Shown here one piece after another: positions 8,436 to 17,945 of a stretch of DNA of 64,000 bases. The notes below the pieces were generated by a model. That model worked only from the letters and a program-made list of their open reading frames with translations, did no database searches and had not been told where the DNA came from. Position 1 is the stretch's first letter; every line of letters starts with the position of its first letter. The DNA comes from a virus, in the IMG/VR virus record IMGVR_UViG_3300030107_003448, positions 1 through 64,000 of that record, one strand, 5' to 3'. The translations under genes and the position numbers were made by a program.

Positions 8436-8984
8436 ATGGCAAGCAGTAGTGATGAACAACAGGCCGAAATTAGATTAATGGGTTTAATACTCGCCCAATC
8501 TATTTTTGTTGGTGTAGCAGTTGGTATTTTTGAAGCGGAATTATGGTTGAAGTTAGATGGGGCATTAATGAATGGTATGACTTATTCAATGGCCGCTTTC
8601 GCAATGCAAGGGCTAGGCTATTATGTTTTCAAAATGTTTTTCCAACAAGGATTAGACGATAGAATGCATATACAAGAATCAGAGCGCAGAAGGCAAAGAC
8701 GTTATAATGATATGCAAAGAGTATTCGATACTCGTAGAGAAGACATGGAATTGCGTATGCAAGAAGCACAGATGGAACAAGAGTTACGTTGGATGGAAAA
8801 TAATCCCGGTAGAACTCCGTCTTGGGCCGCTTTAGAAAATGAACAAAAGATTTTCAATCCAAATCCTCCTGCTCATTCAGCAAATGTAGATGAATCTATG
8901 AATTTAGGAATTACATTTAATGAAAAAGACGAAACAGAGGCTCCTCGTGGAAAAGATGGAAAATTCAAAAAGAAAGAAGAATGA
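8436..8984 (+). CDS. Membrane protein (2 TM helices) with coiled-coil C-terminal part
   Basis: ORF 8412..8984; hydrophobic LMGLILAQSIFVGVAVGIF and MTYSMAAFAMQGLGYYVF, then E/R/Q-rich helix. Confidence 0.75.
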   Translation: MASSSDEQQAEIRLMGLILAQSIFVGVAVGIFEAELWLKLDGALMNGMTYSMAAFAMQGLGYYVFKMFFQQGLDDRMHIQESERRRQRRYNDMQRVFDTRREDMELRMQEAQMEQELRWMENNPGRTPSWAALENEQKIFNPNPPAHSANVDESMNLGITFNEKDETEAPRGKDGKFKKKEE

Positions 8985-8993
8985 GGTCTGTTT

Positions 8994-9239
8994 ATGGGCC
9001 GAATCTTTAAGACACCTAAAGACGATGCTACCGAGGCTACTTTACGGGCTATGCATTTAGCAAATGAATTAGATAATGCATATGAAAGAGTATGGGGATG
9101 GGGAAGGACTTTATTATTAGGAACTATTGCTGTTTTCATAGTATCTGCATATGAACATTATACTAATTGGAATTTATGGGAATCTACTGGTAATTGGATA
9201 AGTGATTGGGCTATTAGGCAACTGGAGAAATTGATTTGA
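8994..9239 (+). CDS. Single-TM membrane protein
   Basis: 81 aa; TLLLGTIAVFIVSAY; GAGGT upstream; abuts GTPase start. Confidence 0.75.
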   Translation: MGRIFKTPKDDATEATLRAMHLANELDNAYERVWGWGRTLLLGTIAVFIVSAYEHYTNWNLWESTGNWISDWAIRQLEKLI

Positions 9240-9956
9240 ATGTCTGCAATAGCAGGTTCCGCTCTTGTGGGTGGAATGGTATGGGCTAAAGAATTATGGA
9301 ATTATTGGAAACCACGTAGAGTTGGTATTTATGGCCCTTCAATGGTAGGTAAAACTACTTTAGATAGATTTATGACAACTCCCGGAGAAATGGAACCTAT
9401 ACCAGAAGAAGAACGCACTAACCATTATCGAATATTAGGTAAACATCTTTTACCAAAGCCTACAAGAAAAAGAATAGGTTGGAAAGGAGATAGGAGAGTA
9501 GTATATAGTTCTGATATTGGTGGAGAAGAAAGATTTTGGAGTTTATGGATTGATGATATGGTTCATCGTCAAGTTGAATCTGTTATATTTATGTTCGATG
9601 ATAGGTCATTAAGAGGAGGAGATGATGCATTACAAGCAGTTGGTGGTTTCAAATATTTAGTTGATTCAATTATTAATAAACAATATCGTTATCGTAAGTT
9701 TTCTACATGGTGGAAAGGCAAAAAATATGCACCTAAAAGTATTATGTTAGTAGCCAATAAAGCAGATAAATGGTGGGATGATAATGCTAGTATACTTTGG
9801 CAACAACAAAGACTTGGTGAACATAAAGTATTTGATGCTTTTCGACCAGATTTAATCAGATTACAAAAAGCAGGTATTCCTACTAGACGTAGTTTTATGG
9901 CTACAAGAATTGGTTGGCAGGTAGAGACCACATTAATTGATTTATTAACTGGTTGA
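9240..9956 (+). CDS. Ras-superfamily (Arf/Rab-like) small GTPase
   Basis: G1 GPSMVGKT, G2-like PT, G3 DIGGEERFWSLW, strand VIFMFD, G4 MLVANKAD, G5-like FMAT; hydrophobic/amphipathic N-terminal extension. Confidence 0.85.
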   Translation: MSAIAGSALVGGMVWAKELWNYWKPRRVGIYGPSMVGKTTLDRFMTTPGEMEPIPEEERTNHYRILGKHLLPKPTRKRIGWKGDRRVVYSSDIGGEERFWSLWIDDMVHRQVESVIFMFDDRSLRGGDDALQAVGGFKYLVDSIINKQYRYRKFSTWWKGKKYAPKSIMLVANKADKWWDDNASILWQQQRLGEHKVFDAFRPDLIRLQKAGIPTRRSFMATRIGWQVETTLIDLLTG

Positions 9957-9995
9957 TTTCGATAAGACTATATGAATCCCCGTATTCCGATAGGT

Positions 9996-10403
9996 ATGAT
10001 GAGCCCATTTGATATGGCATGGAGTGTATTAAAATCCGCTTCAACTGATTCTATATTAAAATTAAGAAGGATTCGTGAAGATGGCTCTGAAATTGGTCCT
10101 CATGAATTACAAGCGTTATTCCAAAGAGTGCATCAGTTAGATGCAATGTTTGAGCAGACTGGAAATCCTGAATTTAAACAACAAGCAGATGAATTGGCTC
10201 AAATGTTAGAAGGCGCTGTAACTAGAGGAGCAGAAAATTTTTACGGTCCTTTTGATATGACAGGAGTAGAAGAAGCCCCAATTATGCCAGCGTTTAGTAC
10301 CCAAACGGCTGAACCAGTAGACGTAGACACAGGCGCAATGGCTACTATGCCACACCAACAATCTGTGGGTGTTAAACAACCAGAACAAGAGCCAGAATAT
10401 TGA
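9996..10403 (+). CDS. Protein with N-terminal MMSPFDMAWSVLK tag
   Basis: ORF 9972..10403; likely start at 9996 or 9999. Confidence 0.7.
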   Translation: MMSPFDMAWSVLKSASTDSILKLRRIREDGSEIGPHELQALFQRVHQLDAMFEQTGNPEFKQQADELAQMLEGAVTRGAENFYGPFDMTGVEEAPIMPAFSTQTAEPVDVDTGAMATMPHQQSVGVKQPEQEPEY

Positions 10404-10450
10404 TTGCCCTCATGAGCAACCTTTTTTTGTCTGTTTCACTTGGAAGGTAC

Positions 10451-10639
10451 ATGGCGTACCCTACAGACACGACTTTAATTGTCCGCACTTCGACTAAAAG
10501 TGAGTCTTTACGAGTTACAATTCCACAATGGGTAGTGAAACAATTAAAGTTGAAGCCGGGTCACCGTGTACAATGGGAATTAAAACCACAAGGCGATGAG
10601 TTTCGTTTAATTTTAAACCCAATTAAAAAAGAGGAATAA
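10451..10639 (+). CDS. AbrB/MazE/SpoVT-type swapped-hairpin DNA-binding protein
   Basis: SLRVTIPQWVVKQLKLKPGHRVQW signature; ATG 10451 after GGAAGGT. Confidence 0.8.
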   Translation: MAYPTDTTLIVRTSTKSESLRVTIPQWVVKQLKLKPGHRVQWELKPQGDEFRLILNPIKKEE

Positions 10640-10641
10640 AT

Positions 10642-11646
10642 ATGAATTTTGGTTTACCGACATTTGGAACACAACAACAAGGAGCGCCTTTAGCGGCAGC
10701 AAACGAAGCGCATTTGAAAAGTTTGTCACAGCAAGGAAATATGTCTCTTAGTTATGCTGAATTAATGGAACAACAAGTTGCTCAGTCACAAATGCAAAAA
10801 GTGGCTATGGAGCATAATATAGAAGTTCCTAAAGTTAACTTTTATCCTAGCCGACACCCAAATCCATTAAAGGCTAGAAAGCAAGATATTAAACAAGCAT
10901 ATCGTTTACTTAAACCTGTTAAAAGGTCTATTTTTTCTCCTAGGCGCTGGTTATTTGGCGGTAAATATAAACATAATAAACAAAGTCATGTATGTGTAAT
11001 TGATGGTTGTGATGTTAGAACATTAATACAACACGATAATTTATACATGCGAATTACAGATGAAGAAACAGGGCGCAGTTTATGGGAAATGTATTGGCAA
11101 AACCCTGTAACAGGAGAGCCTAATGCTTTTGTCGCTCGTGAAGGAGTGACAAGTGGAAGAAAAATGGCAGGCACTTATTGCCCAGAACACTTACATTTGT
11201 ATCATTTATTGTGTAAATGGGAAGCAGAAGAAGAAAAAGAGAAACTCAACAATCCTAGAACAATTAAAGAAAGAATCAAAAAAGGTGTATCAACTGTTGC
11301 TGTGCCTGTATCTGTAGTTAAAAAGAAAGATAATACCCCTCCGATGCTTCAAAAATATGAGGGATTTTTTACAGAATTAAATAAAGATTCCAAAAAGACT
11401 GCTGGTATTGATGTTTTACATTATCAAAATCCAATAACAGGGTTAAATGATGTTACTATGATTGTTTTTGACTTAAGAATTTTTCAACATGAATTAGAAC
11501 AAATGGAATTACAAGCACAGGAAGCATTCCAAAATGTATTATTACAACAACAACAAGTCCAAGCCCAACAAACATCGATGGTTGCCCCACAAGCAGAATT
11601 AAATCAGCAACAAACTAATGAAGCAGGTATTACTGCGGGAGTATGA
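10642..11646 (+). CDS. Hypothetical protein, Q-rich termini, possible Zn site (CVIDGC...YCPEH)
   Basis: 334-aa ORF, GAGG SD. Confidence 0.75.
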   Translation: MNFGLPTFGTQQQGAPLAAANEAHLKSLSQQGNMSLSYAELMEQQVAQSQMQKVAMEHNIEVPKVNFYPSRHPNPLKARKQDIKQAYRLLKPVKRSIFSPRRWLFGGKYKHNKQSHVCVIDGCDVRTLIQHDNLYMRITDEETGRSLWEMYWQNPVTGEPNAFVAREGVTSGRKMAGTYCPEHLHLYHLLCKWEAEEEKEKLNNPRTIKERIKKGVSTVAVPVSVVKKKDNTPPMLQKYEGFFTELNKDSKKTAGIDVLHYQNPITGLNDVTMIVFDLRIFQHELEQMELQAQEAFQNVLLQQQQVQAQQTSMVAPQAELNQQQTNEAGITAGV

Positions 11647-12305
11647 TACGTATGGGATTATTTGGTAATAACGCACCCGCTAATGCTGGTCCTTCATTGA
11701 ATTTAAGTGCATCAGGAGCACCAGCAGTTAGCCCATTTCAAAATGTCGGAGTAGGTTTACCTGCTGCTCAACATGTGCCTCAACAACAAACTTTTATGGG
11801 CGGAATGATGGGAGGAATGGGAATGAACCAACAACAACAACAAATGATGCAAAATGGACAAATTACCCCCCCTTCAGAAACAGAAATAATGTTGGCTATG
11901 CTAAATTCTGGCTATCCTATAGAAAAATGGATTACAAGCACAGGTTTTCAAAACTTTGTCCAAATGATGTCAAATATGATGGAGTTAGCCATTGTAGGAT
12001 TTTTTCGTGACGCTAAATTCATACTAGATGAAGAAACAGGTATGATGTCACTTGACCCGACATCGTTACCGTCTAATTTACAAACTATTTCTAGCGAAAA
12101 TGTAGTTAATGAGTTTTCAAGTGTTGTGAGTAACGCAGACCAAGTTAAAAATATGCAAATGGCTCAACAACAACAAATTTTGACTTTTGCTCAACAAAGC
12201 ATGATGGGAGGCGCTTTAAATGCTGCTCTGACTAATCCCGGCATGATGGAAAAAATGGGCAGTGGAATAGGTTCACTAGGCCGTGGATTAATAGGAATGA
12301 AATAA
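11643..12305 (+). CDS. Hypothetical Q/M/G-rich protein with glycine-rich hydrophobic C-terminus
   Basis: 220-aa ORF, ATGA overlap. Confidence 0.75.
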   Translation: MIRMGLFGNNAPANAGPSLNLSASGAPAVSPFQNVGVGLPAAQHVPQQQTFMGGMMGGMGMNQQQQQMMQNGQITPPSETEIMLAMLNSGYPIEKWITSTGFQNFVQMMSNMMELAIVGFFRDAKFILDEETGMMSLDPTSLPSNLQTISSENVVNEFSSVVSNADQVKNMQMAQQQQILTFAQQSMMGGALNAALTNPGMMEKMGSGIGSLGRGLIGMK

Positions 12306-12314
12306 GGTGATAAA

Positions 12315-12560
12315 ATGAGAAAGCAACAACCAATACTTCCAATAGGATTTAGCGAAACAACAATGAGTATATTGAACCCAAAGAAAAGAGTTATCATAGA
12401 TATGATAATGGTACAATTACTAAGTTTAATGGCTACATTTACATTAATTTTAGTATTTGCAAGTGGTAGATTAGATTCTACTGAAATGACTTATGCTTTA
12501 GTAGGATTATTTGTTAGCATTTTAATGTTAGGAAGTGTTTACTCTCGCATAGCAAAGTGA
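12315..12560 (+). CDS. Small two-TM membrane protein (holin-like topology)
   Basis: 81 aa, two hydrophobic helices; AGGTGA-N4-ATG. Confidence 0.75.
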   Translation: MRKQQPILPIGFSETTMSILNPKKRVIIDMIMVQLLSLMATFTLILVFASGRLDSTEMTYALVGLFVSILMLGSVYSRIAK

Positions 12561-12793
12561 GCGTCCCATTTTCCTAATGGACAACTGCTACTCGCTAATG
12601 CAGTTTTAACTCTCATTTGACAACCACATTGAGTGCAACGATTAAGTGACTTTTGCCAATGAGGACATGATGCACAAATAGACCTTCTTTTTTCTTTAAT
12701 TTCTGGTGAAACATATCTTCTATAGAATACATCGCTTGCTGCTTTTTTAAGGTCTTTTAATGTAGACCTTGGGGCTCGTGGTAATCTCCGCAT
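12539..12793 (-). CDS. Small Cys-rich Zn-binding protein (CASC..CTQCGC..CPLGKW, DUF6171-like pattern)
   Basis: 84-aa ORF; TTTATG box about 27 nt upstream. Confidence 0.7.
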   Translation of the reverse strand: MRRLPRAPRSTLKDLKKAASDVFYRRYVSPEIKEKRRSICASCPHWQKSLNRCTQCGCQMRVKTALASSSCPLGKWDAHFAMRE

Positions 12794-12855
12794 TCATACT
12801 ATCCTATTCCTTTTTAACATAAAGGCTTATCCACTTGCTTAGTTTCACGTAGTCA

Positions 12856-13545
12856 ATGGCGGGGCGTGAGCGTGTGATGAAAAGGTCTTGCGCCTTTTGT
12901 CAATGCGAAGATAGAGATGCTTTAGAAGAAGAATTACAACAAGGCTTAATCTCTACAAAAGAGTTGGATAAAAAGATGGGTTGGAGGGCTAATACAGCAG
13001 ACCGTCATTTTCGTAATCACATGGGAGATTATGTAAAAGCCGCTAACCCTTCTTGTCCTATTTGTTCACACCCAGATAGGGCCGATATTGAGCGTTCATA
13101 TTACGAAGGCATCGTTAGTAGCGAAGAAATTGCTAATGAAACTAATGTTCCCGAATCTACTATTTATCATCATATGAAAATGCACTTCCAACCATTAGTG
13201 CAACGCAGTGCTGCTTTAGAAGTAGCCTTACAAGCAGGCACAGAAATCCAAACATTACGCCAAAACGTAGAAGGATTAAATCATAAATTACAACAATTAT
13301 TAGGAGAAGGTAGTGTGCACGAAGATGGATTTGTTCGTGATGCAGTATCTTTACATAAAGAAGTAAGAGAAAGCGTCAAAGATTTATTGAAGTTTGAAGA
13401 AAAATGGGCAGAACCAGAAGCACAAACTGTCAATCAAACAATTAATGTGTTAAAGGTAGAGTTAGCACAAGAAAGTCCAGAAGTGTGGAGGAGAGTTAAA
13501 AAGCGTTTGTTAGAACAAGACGCCGAAGTTGAGGTGGTAGAATGA
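12856..13545 (+). CDS. Probable terminase small subunit / DNA-binding protein with duplicated CxxC-HTH unit
   Basis: CAFCQCEDRDALE...HFRNH and CPICSHPDRADIE...EEIANETNVPESTIYHHMKMH, then coiled coil; first gene of the run leading to TerL. Confidence 0.5.
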   Translation: MAGRERVMKRSCAFCQCEDRDALEEELQQGLISTKELDKKMGWRANTADRHFRNHMGDYVKAANPSCPICSHPDRADIERSYYEGIVSSEEIANETNVPESTIYHHMKMHFQPLVQRSAALEVALQAGTEIQTLRQNVEGLNHKLQQLLGEGSVHEDGFVRDAVSLHKEVRESVKDLLKFEEKWAEPEAQTVNQTINVLKVELAQESPEVWRRVKKRLLEQDAEVEVVE

Positions 13546-13967
13546 AAGCCATCCATGTTCCAATGAATGTTTTGTTGGCATACGGCACACCTTATACTCC
13601 ATTTTTACATGGTAAGGATAAATTAAAACCAGAAGAAATTGAAATATTTTTTGATGGTGTGCATGAGTGTGTAGAACGTTGGTTGTATTATCTAAATCAA
13701 CAATTTATTGCTGAACCAATTCATTTACCATACCATGCCCCTGTTGAAAATCTAAGAGAATCTTTGTTAAGTTTAATGGAAGTTGATGATGAATCTGTAT
13801 TCCAAGTTAGAAAACAAGCACATCATGCAATTATTGAGTTTGAACATCTTTGCACTGATATGGCTCGTTCATTTACTCATCCTCCTCGTATTAAAGATTT
13901 TTATCATAATTTAGCAAGTAGGTCTAGGTCTACTTTAGAAAGTTTGACGGATGGTGATGTTAAATGA
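13542..13967 (+). CDS. Hypothetical protein
   Basis: 141-aa ORF, GAGGTGG SD, ATGA overlaps at both ends. Confidence 0.75.
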   Translation: MKAIHVPMNVLLAYGTPYTPFLHGKDKLKPEEIEIFFDGVHECVERWLYYLNQQFIAEPIHLPYHAPVENLRESLLSLMEVDDESVFQVRKQAHHAIIEFEHLCTDMARSFTHPPRIKDFYHNLASRSRSTLESLTDGDVK

Positions 13968-15847
13968 CTGCTCCAATGGGAAGGGGTTCTGATACCCGTT
14001 TATTCAACCCACGTTCTGAATCTACACGTATGTTTGGGTATGAAGAAGATGATTTAGGACATGCTCATGGTGAAGGAGACCCAGAAATTACAGCACAGAA
14101 ACGTGAAAAGAAGCGTGACGAAAAAGAAGATAAGAAAAAACGTCAACATTTACAGCATCTTAAAATTCAACATAAAGATGTTTTAGATATGTTACCAGAA
14201 GATGGTAAAGAAGCATCTCAAGAAGGAGACTTAGAATTAGGCAATAACGATGAAGCAGAAAATGAATTATCTGCATTAACTGGTGCTAGTGGTTCTCGTG
14301 GTGCTATGCTCGACCAAGCAGTTGGGGCAAAAACAGGAACTGGTTCTGCAATGGGTGGCACACCTCCTTTGCTTGGGCCGATGGGTGTTTACCGAAGTGA
14401 CGATGCTATGGAATTGGCTTGGGATGAATTAACAATCCGTAAAGATGAAGAAAATGTCGAAAAATGGTTACAAGCCATTCCCGCTCTTGTACAAGGAGCA
14501 GCAAGGGTTGCTGCAAAAGTAGCCCCTAAAATAAAGGAAGCGGGTAAAGCGTTTCTTGGATTTAAAGGAGCACAATCAGTATTAGGTGGTGGTGGACAAG
14601 CAGCAGCAACAGGGACACAAGCAGCAGCAACAGGGACACAAGCAGCAGCAACAGGGGCAACAGGAGCAGGGACAAGAGCAGTTGGAGTAGCAGATGACGT
14701 AGCGCCTCCTAAATCAGCAGGTCAAGAAGTACAAGAAAACGCTCAACAACAGCAGCAGCAACAACAGCAAGCAGGTCAACCACAAGCAGATTTAACTGCA
14801 CAAGCGACACAATTTAGAGACCAAACCCATGCAGATAAAGCAGCAGCCGAACAAGCAAGAGACGCAAGAGCATCAGGCCAAATAGCCGCTAGTGAGCCAA
14901 TGGATTATGCTTGGTCTCTTTTAACTAAATCAAAAAAAGATAAAGACGAAGGACCAATGGCTTCTGGTGATATAGGAACTGCTGGTACATCTATCGGTAG
15001 ACGTAAAGAACAAGCCGCTAAATGGGCTCACCCTCGTTTCAAAGGGCCTCCCGGAGGAAGAAGACCATGGACTGCAACTAGCCGTAGGGCTAAAGCAAGA
15101 AGCAGAACATTATCTCCTCGACATCGTGTTCATGACATTAAAGGTGGATTGATGAGTGCGCCTTTGGCTGTTCACATGTCTCACCTTGGTGTGCAAACTA
15201 AACAACCTATGCGGCAATTCCCAGAAAAATATCGTCAATATTATGGTCAACAATTACGTAGAAGACTGCAAGGTAATGTGCCTTTACCATATTCGCCCCA
15301 CGGTATTATGGGAGAAAGAACGCAAACTCCCGGACCAACAGGTGGAGGTATTCTTCCGGGTCAATTGCCGGGGCAAGCAGCAGCAGCCCGTATACCTTCA
15401 ATGCGCAGATTAGCAAGACCACGAGTTCCAAGACTACGTAGACCTACAGGTTTTGCCCCAATGACTCCGCCTAGTATACCTCAAGCGCCTTCTTTACCTC
15501 AACCTGCACAAGTAGGTTTGCCTTCTTCTTCAATTCAAATGTCTGATAAAGTAGGAGTAGGTAGTAGTTTACAAAAGAATTTAGATATTTTAAGGCCCGG
15601 CACATTTTCTTATTTACATAGTCGAGAAATCGCAAAACTTCTTAGAGAATTAAAAGAGGCTATGAAACACCAAAAGATGCAAAAATCAGGCGTTAAAGAT
15701 GTATCTGGTGCAGGTGAAACTAAACCTAAACATCCTGCTAATAGTCCAAGTAAAACAACTAGATTAGAAGGAGCAACTGAAACAGACCCAGATGATGACC
15801 CTCGATATTGGGGCATGGAACCATCTGCTATGATAGGAGCACATTGA
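13964..15847 (+). CDS. Low-complexity protein with two internal tags (DAMELAWDEL..RK, SEPMDYAWSLLTK); putative internal virion/ejection protein
   Basis: 627-aa ORF; A/G/Q-rich then R/P-rich segments. Confidence 0.7.
   Translation: MTAPMGRGSDTRLFNPRSESTRMFGYEEDDLGHAHGEGDPEITAQKREKKRDEKEDKKKRQHLQHLKIQHKDVLDMLPEDGKEASQEGDLELGNNDEAENELSALTGASGSRGAMLDQAVGAKTGTGSAMGGTPPLLGPMGVYRSDDAMELAWDELTIRKDEENVEKWLQAIPALVQGAARVAAKVAPKIKEAGKAFLGFKGAQSVLGGGGQAAATGTQAAATGTQAAATGATGAGTRAVGVADDVAPPKSAGQEVQENAQQQQQQQQQAGQPQADLTAQATQFRDQTHADKAAAEQARDARASGQIAASEPMDYAWSLLTKSKKDKDEGPMASGDIGTAGTSIGRRKEQAAKWAHPRFKGPPGGRRPWTATSRRAKARSRTLSPRHRVHDIKGGLMSAPLAVHMSHLGVQTKQPMRQFPEKYRQYYGQQLRRRLQGNVPLPYSPHGIMGERTQTPGPTGGGILPGQLPGQAAAARIPSMRRLARPRVPRLRRPTGFAPMTPPSIPQAPSLPQPAQVGLPSSSIQMSDKVGVGSSLQKNLDILRPGTFSYLHSREIAKLLRELKEAMKHQKMQKSGVKDVSGAGETKPKHPANSPSKTTRLEGATETDPDDDPRYWGMEPSAMIGAH
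14596..14656 (+). repeat. 21-bp tandem repeat (ACAAGCAGCAGCAACAGGGAC) x2.9 encoding QAAATGT
   Basis: Copies start at 14596, 14617 and 14638. Confidence 0.9.
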
Positions 15848-15848
15848 T

Positions 15849-17945
15849 ATGCCACAAATAATCGTACTCAATCCTGCTGAAATGCTACTTAAGTCATTTT
15901 TCAGAGAAGTAGTTGAGCCTGCTATTATCATGAAAGGAGACGGTGTCCTCTATATGGGCCCGGGCGGAAATAAACTGATGGGTTTTCCTCCAGAACATGC
16001 GTTCAATATGGACCCTAATGTGCCAGACCACCCTATGTGGTCACATGACCCTCATACAGGAGATTTGCTTGAAGGAGGAATGCATCCTATAGATGGCGCT
16101 TTATATCATTTACAAGAATTTTTGAGCAAACATGGGATTAAAGGCGTACAGGCAGAACAAATAATTCAACAAGCAATTGATGATTACAATAGAAGCCATA
16201 CCTCTGATAACCATCATTTACCACCTTTTAATTCTCCAGAATGGAGGAAATTAGTAATAGGCCCTCATCCTACTAATGTAGCCAGTAGTGAAATTGCTTC
16301 TCGTGGAAAAGATGGTAAATTATTTACTCATTATGGTAATAGAGGAGGGGCTATTGGTTTATTCCCTGAATCTGGGGCTATACCTTTCTATAAAGAATTA
16401 GAAAAAATTCTAACCGATATGGGTTTAGGACACGCTAGAGATGAATTAGAGTTTGTAAAATATCCAAATATTAGTGCCCAACATTTAGCCTCTAATGTAT
16501 ATCGTACTAAAAAAGGAGAATTATCTGCACACGGTATTGTTCCTTCTCATGTTTTAGAACAACATGGACCAGAAGGAGCATTATATGATGCAGCACATGG
16601 TGCTCGACATACATGGGAAACTGTGCATCATTTACCTCCTGCTATGTTTGCTCCGGGTTATGCTTTACGTTCTAATAGTGCAACCTTACGAGAAATGAAT
16701 GCACAGATAACTCAAGCATTAGCAACTGTGCCCCCTCAAAAATTACCAAATATACCAATTCAATTACACGATGGCACTAGAATGGGATTTAGAGAGGCTA
16801 TGTCAAATCCTAAAGCCAGAGAAATGCTGATTAATGATATGGCTACTTCTGCTGCATCTCAATATATGTTTGCAGGAGCAGGTAGTCCTGCTACACGCAC
16901 TAAAACAAGAGAAATTTTAGGACCTTTGATGGGAGAAGAAAATATTGAAGGTTTTGATATACACAGTTCTCATTCATACACAGGCACTCGTAGAAAAGGG
17001 AGAAGCCCACATTCTTTTGCTGCCAAAGTAGCGGCGGCGGCGGCAGCACATGGTCCTTGGGAAAAAGACTCATCACGTTCTGCTTTAGCAGATAATCCAC
17101 ATGGATTAAAACCAAATGCCGATTTTAATGAAATTGAAAGGCGTAGAATTGCTATTGAAGGACTTGCTGATTTATTATCTGCTGCTAATGGGCATGATAG
17201 ATGGACTCCAGATTGGGATAATTTACCAACAGAAGCATTGGCTTCTCGTGATATTGGTAACATGGGTCAAATATTACATGAACAAGTCCCAGACCATTTT
17301 TCAAATCGATTTTACACAGATTTGAATATTGCACCAATGGCTATGGCGGGTATACCTACAGGTATGGGACAAGGTCCTTCTGTTGTAGAACCTAAACCTG
17401 CACCTCCTCCAGCCCCTGCTCCACCTCCTGCACCTGTTCCACAGGCTGCAATTCCTAGTTCACCTGCGGCGACAATTATGAGACCACAAACCCCCGCTTT
17501 AGTTGCTGCTCGTCAACATATAGGTGCGCAACCTAGTATGGGAGAAAGACAAAGAGTAGCAGAAGATTATGGATTAAAAGTGCCAGAATTTGAAAGAAGA
17601 AGATACCTAGAAACAATGGGAGACCCTGCTCAGACATTTTTATCTCAATGGGGAATGAAATCTGAAACTCAACCAGTTGAAATGATTGACCGTATTGAAA
17701 AAGCAATGGAAGAATTACAACTTAAAGATGCTATTAGGGATGATTCAGTTATCAAGTATCTTCCAAATAAAAAGAATCTTAATTTTAATATAGAGGCTGA
17801 TGTATTATTTATGGCTCAACATGTAGGTTTGACTAAACATGATATTCGTTCTATTATAGTTTCAAAAGGCGATTGGCATCGTGTCGCTGATATATATCAA
17901 GTATCTCCTTCTATTGTAGGAGCAGTTAAGGTGGTGTTTTCATGA
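15849..17945 (+). CDS. Hypothetical His/Pro-rich protein, putative internal virion protein
   Basis: 698-aa ORF; N-terminal EMLLKS; PAPPP linker; QTFLSQW. Confidence 0.7.
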   Translation: MPQIIVLNPAEMLLKSFFREVVEPAIIMKGDGVLYMGPGGNKLMGFPPEHAFNMDPNVPDHPMWSHDPHTGDLLEGGMHPIDGALYHLQEFLSKHGIKGVQAEQIIQQAIDDYNRSHTSDNHHLPPFNSPEWRKLVIGPHPTNVASSEIASRGKDGKLFTHYGNRGGAIGLFPESGAIPFYKELEKILTDMGLGHARDELEFVKYPNISAQHLASNVYRTKKGELSAHGIVPSHVLEQHGPEGALYDAAHGARHTWETVHHLPPAMFAPGYALRSNSATLREMNAQITQALATVPPQKLPNIPIQLHDGTRMGFREAMSNPKAREMLINDMATSAASQYMFAGAGSPATRTKTREILGPLMGEENIEGFDIHSSHSYTGTRRKGRSPHSFAAKVAAAAAAHGPWEKDSSRSALADNPHGLKPNADFNEIERRRIAIEGLADLLSAANGHDRWTPDWDNLPTEALASRDIGNMGQILHEQVPDHFSNRFYTDLNIAPMAMAGIPTGMGQGPSVVEPKPAPPPAPAPPPAPVPQAAIPSSPAATIMRPQTPALVAARQHIGAQPSMGERQRVAEDYGLKVPEFERRRYLETMGDPAQTFLSQWGMKSETQPVEMIDRIEKAMEELQLKDAIRDDSVIKYLPNKKNLNFNIEADVLFMAQHVGLTKHDIRSIIVSKGDWHRVADIYQVSPSIVGAVKVVFS

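Noticed and set aside
10451-11646. AbrB/MazE antitoxin plus toxin pair
   Set aside because: Downstream 334-aa protein shows no PIN, MazF or RelE features; more likely a stand-alone regulator
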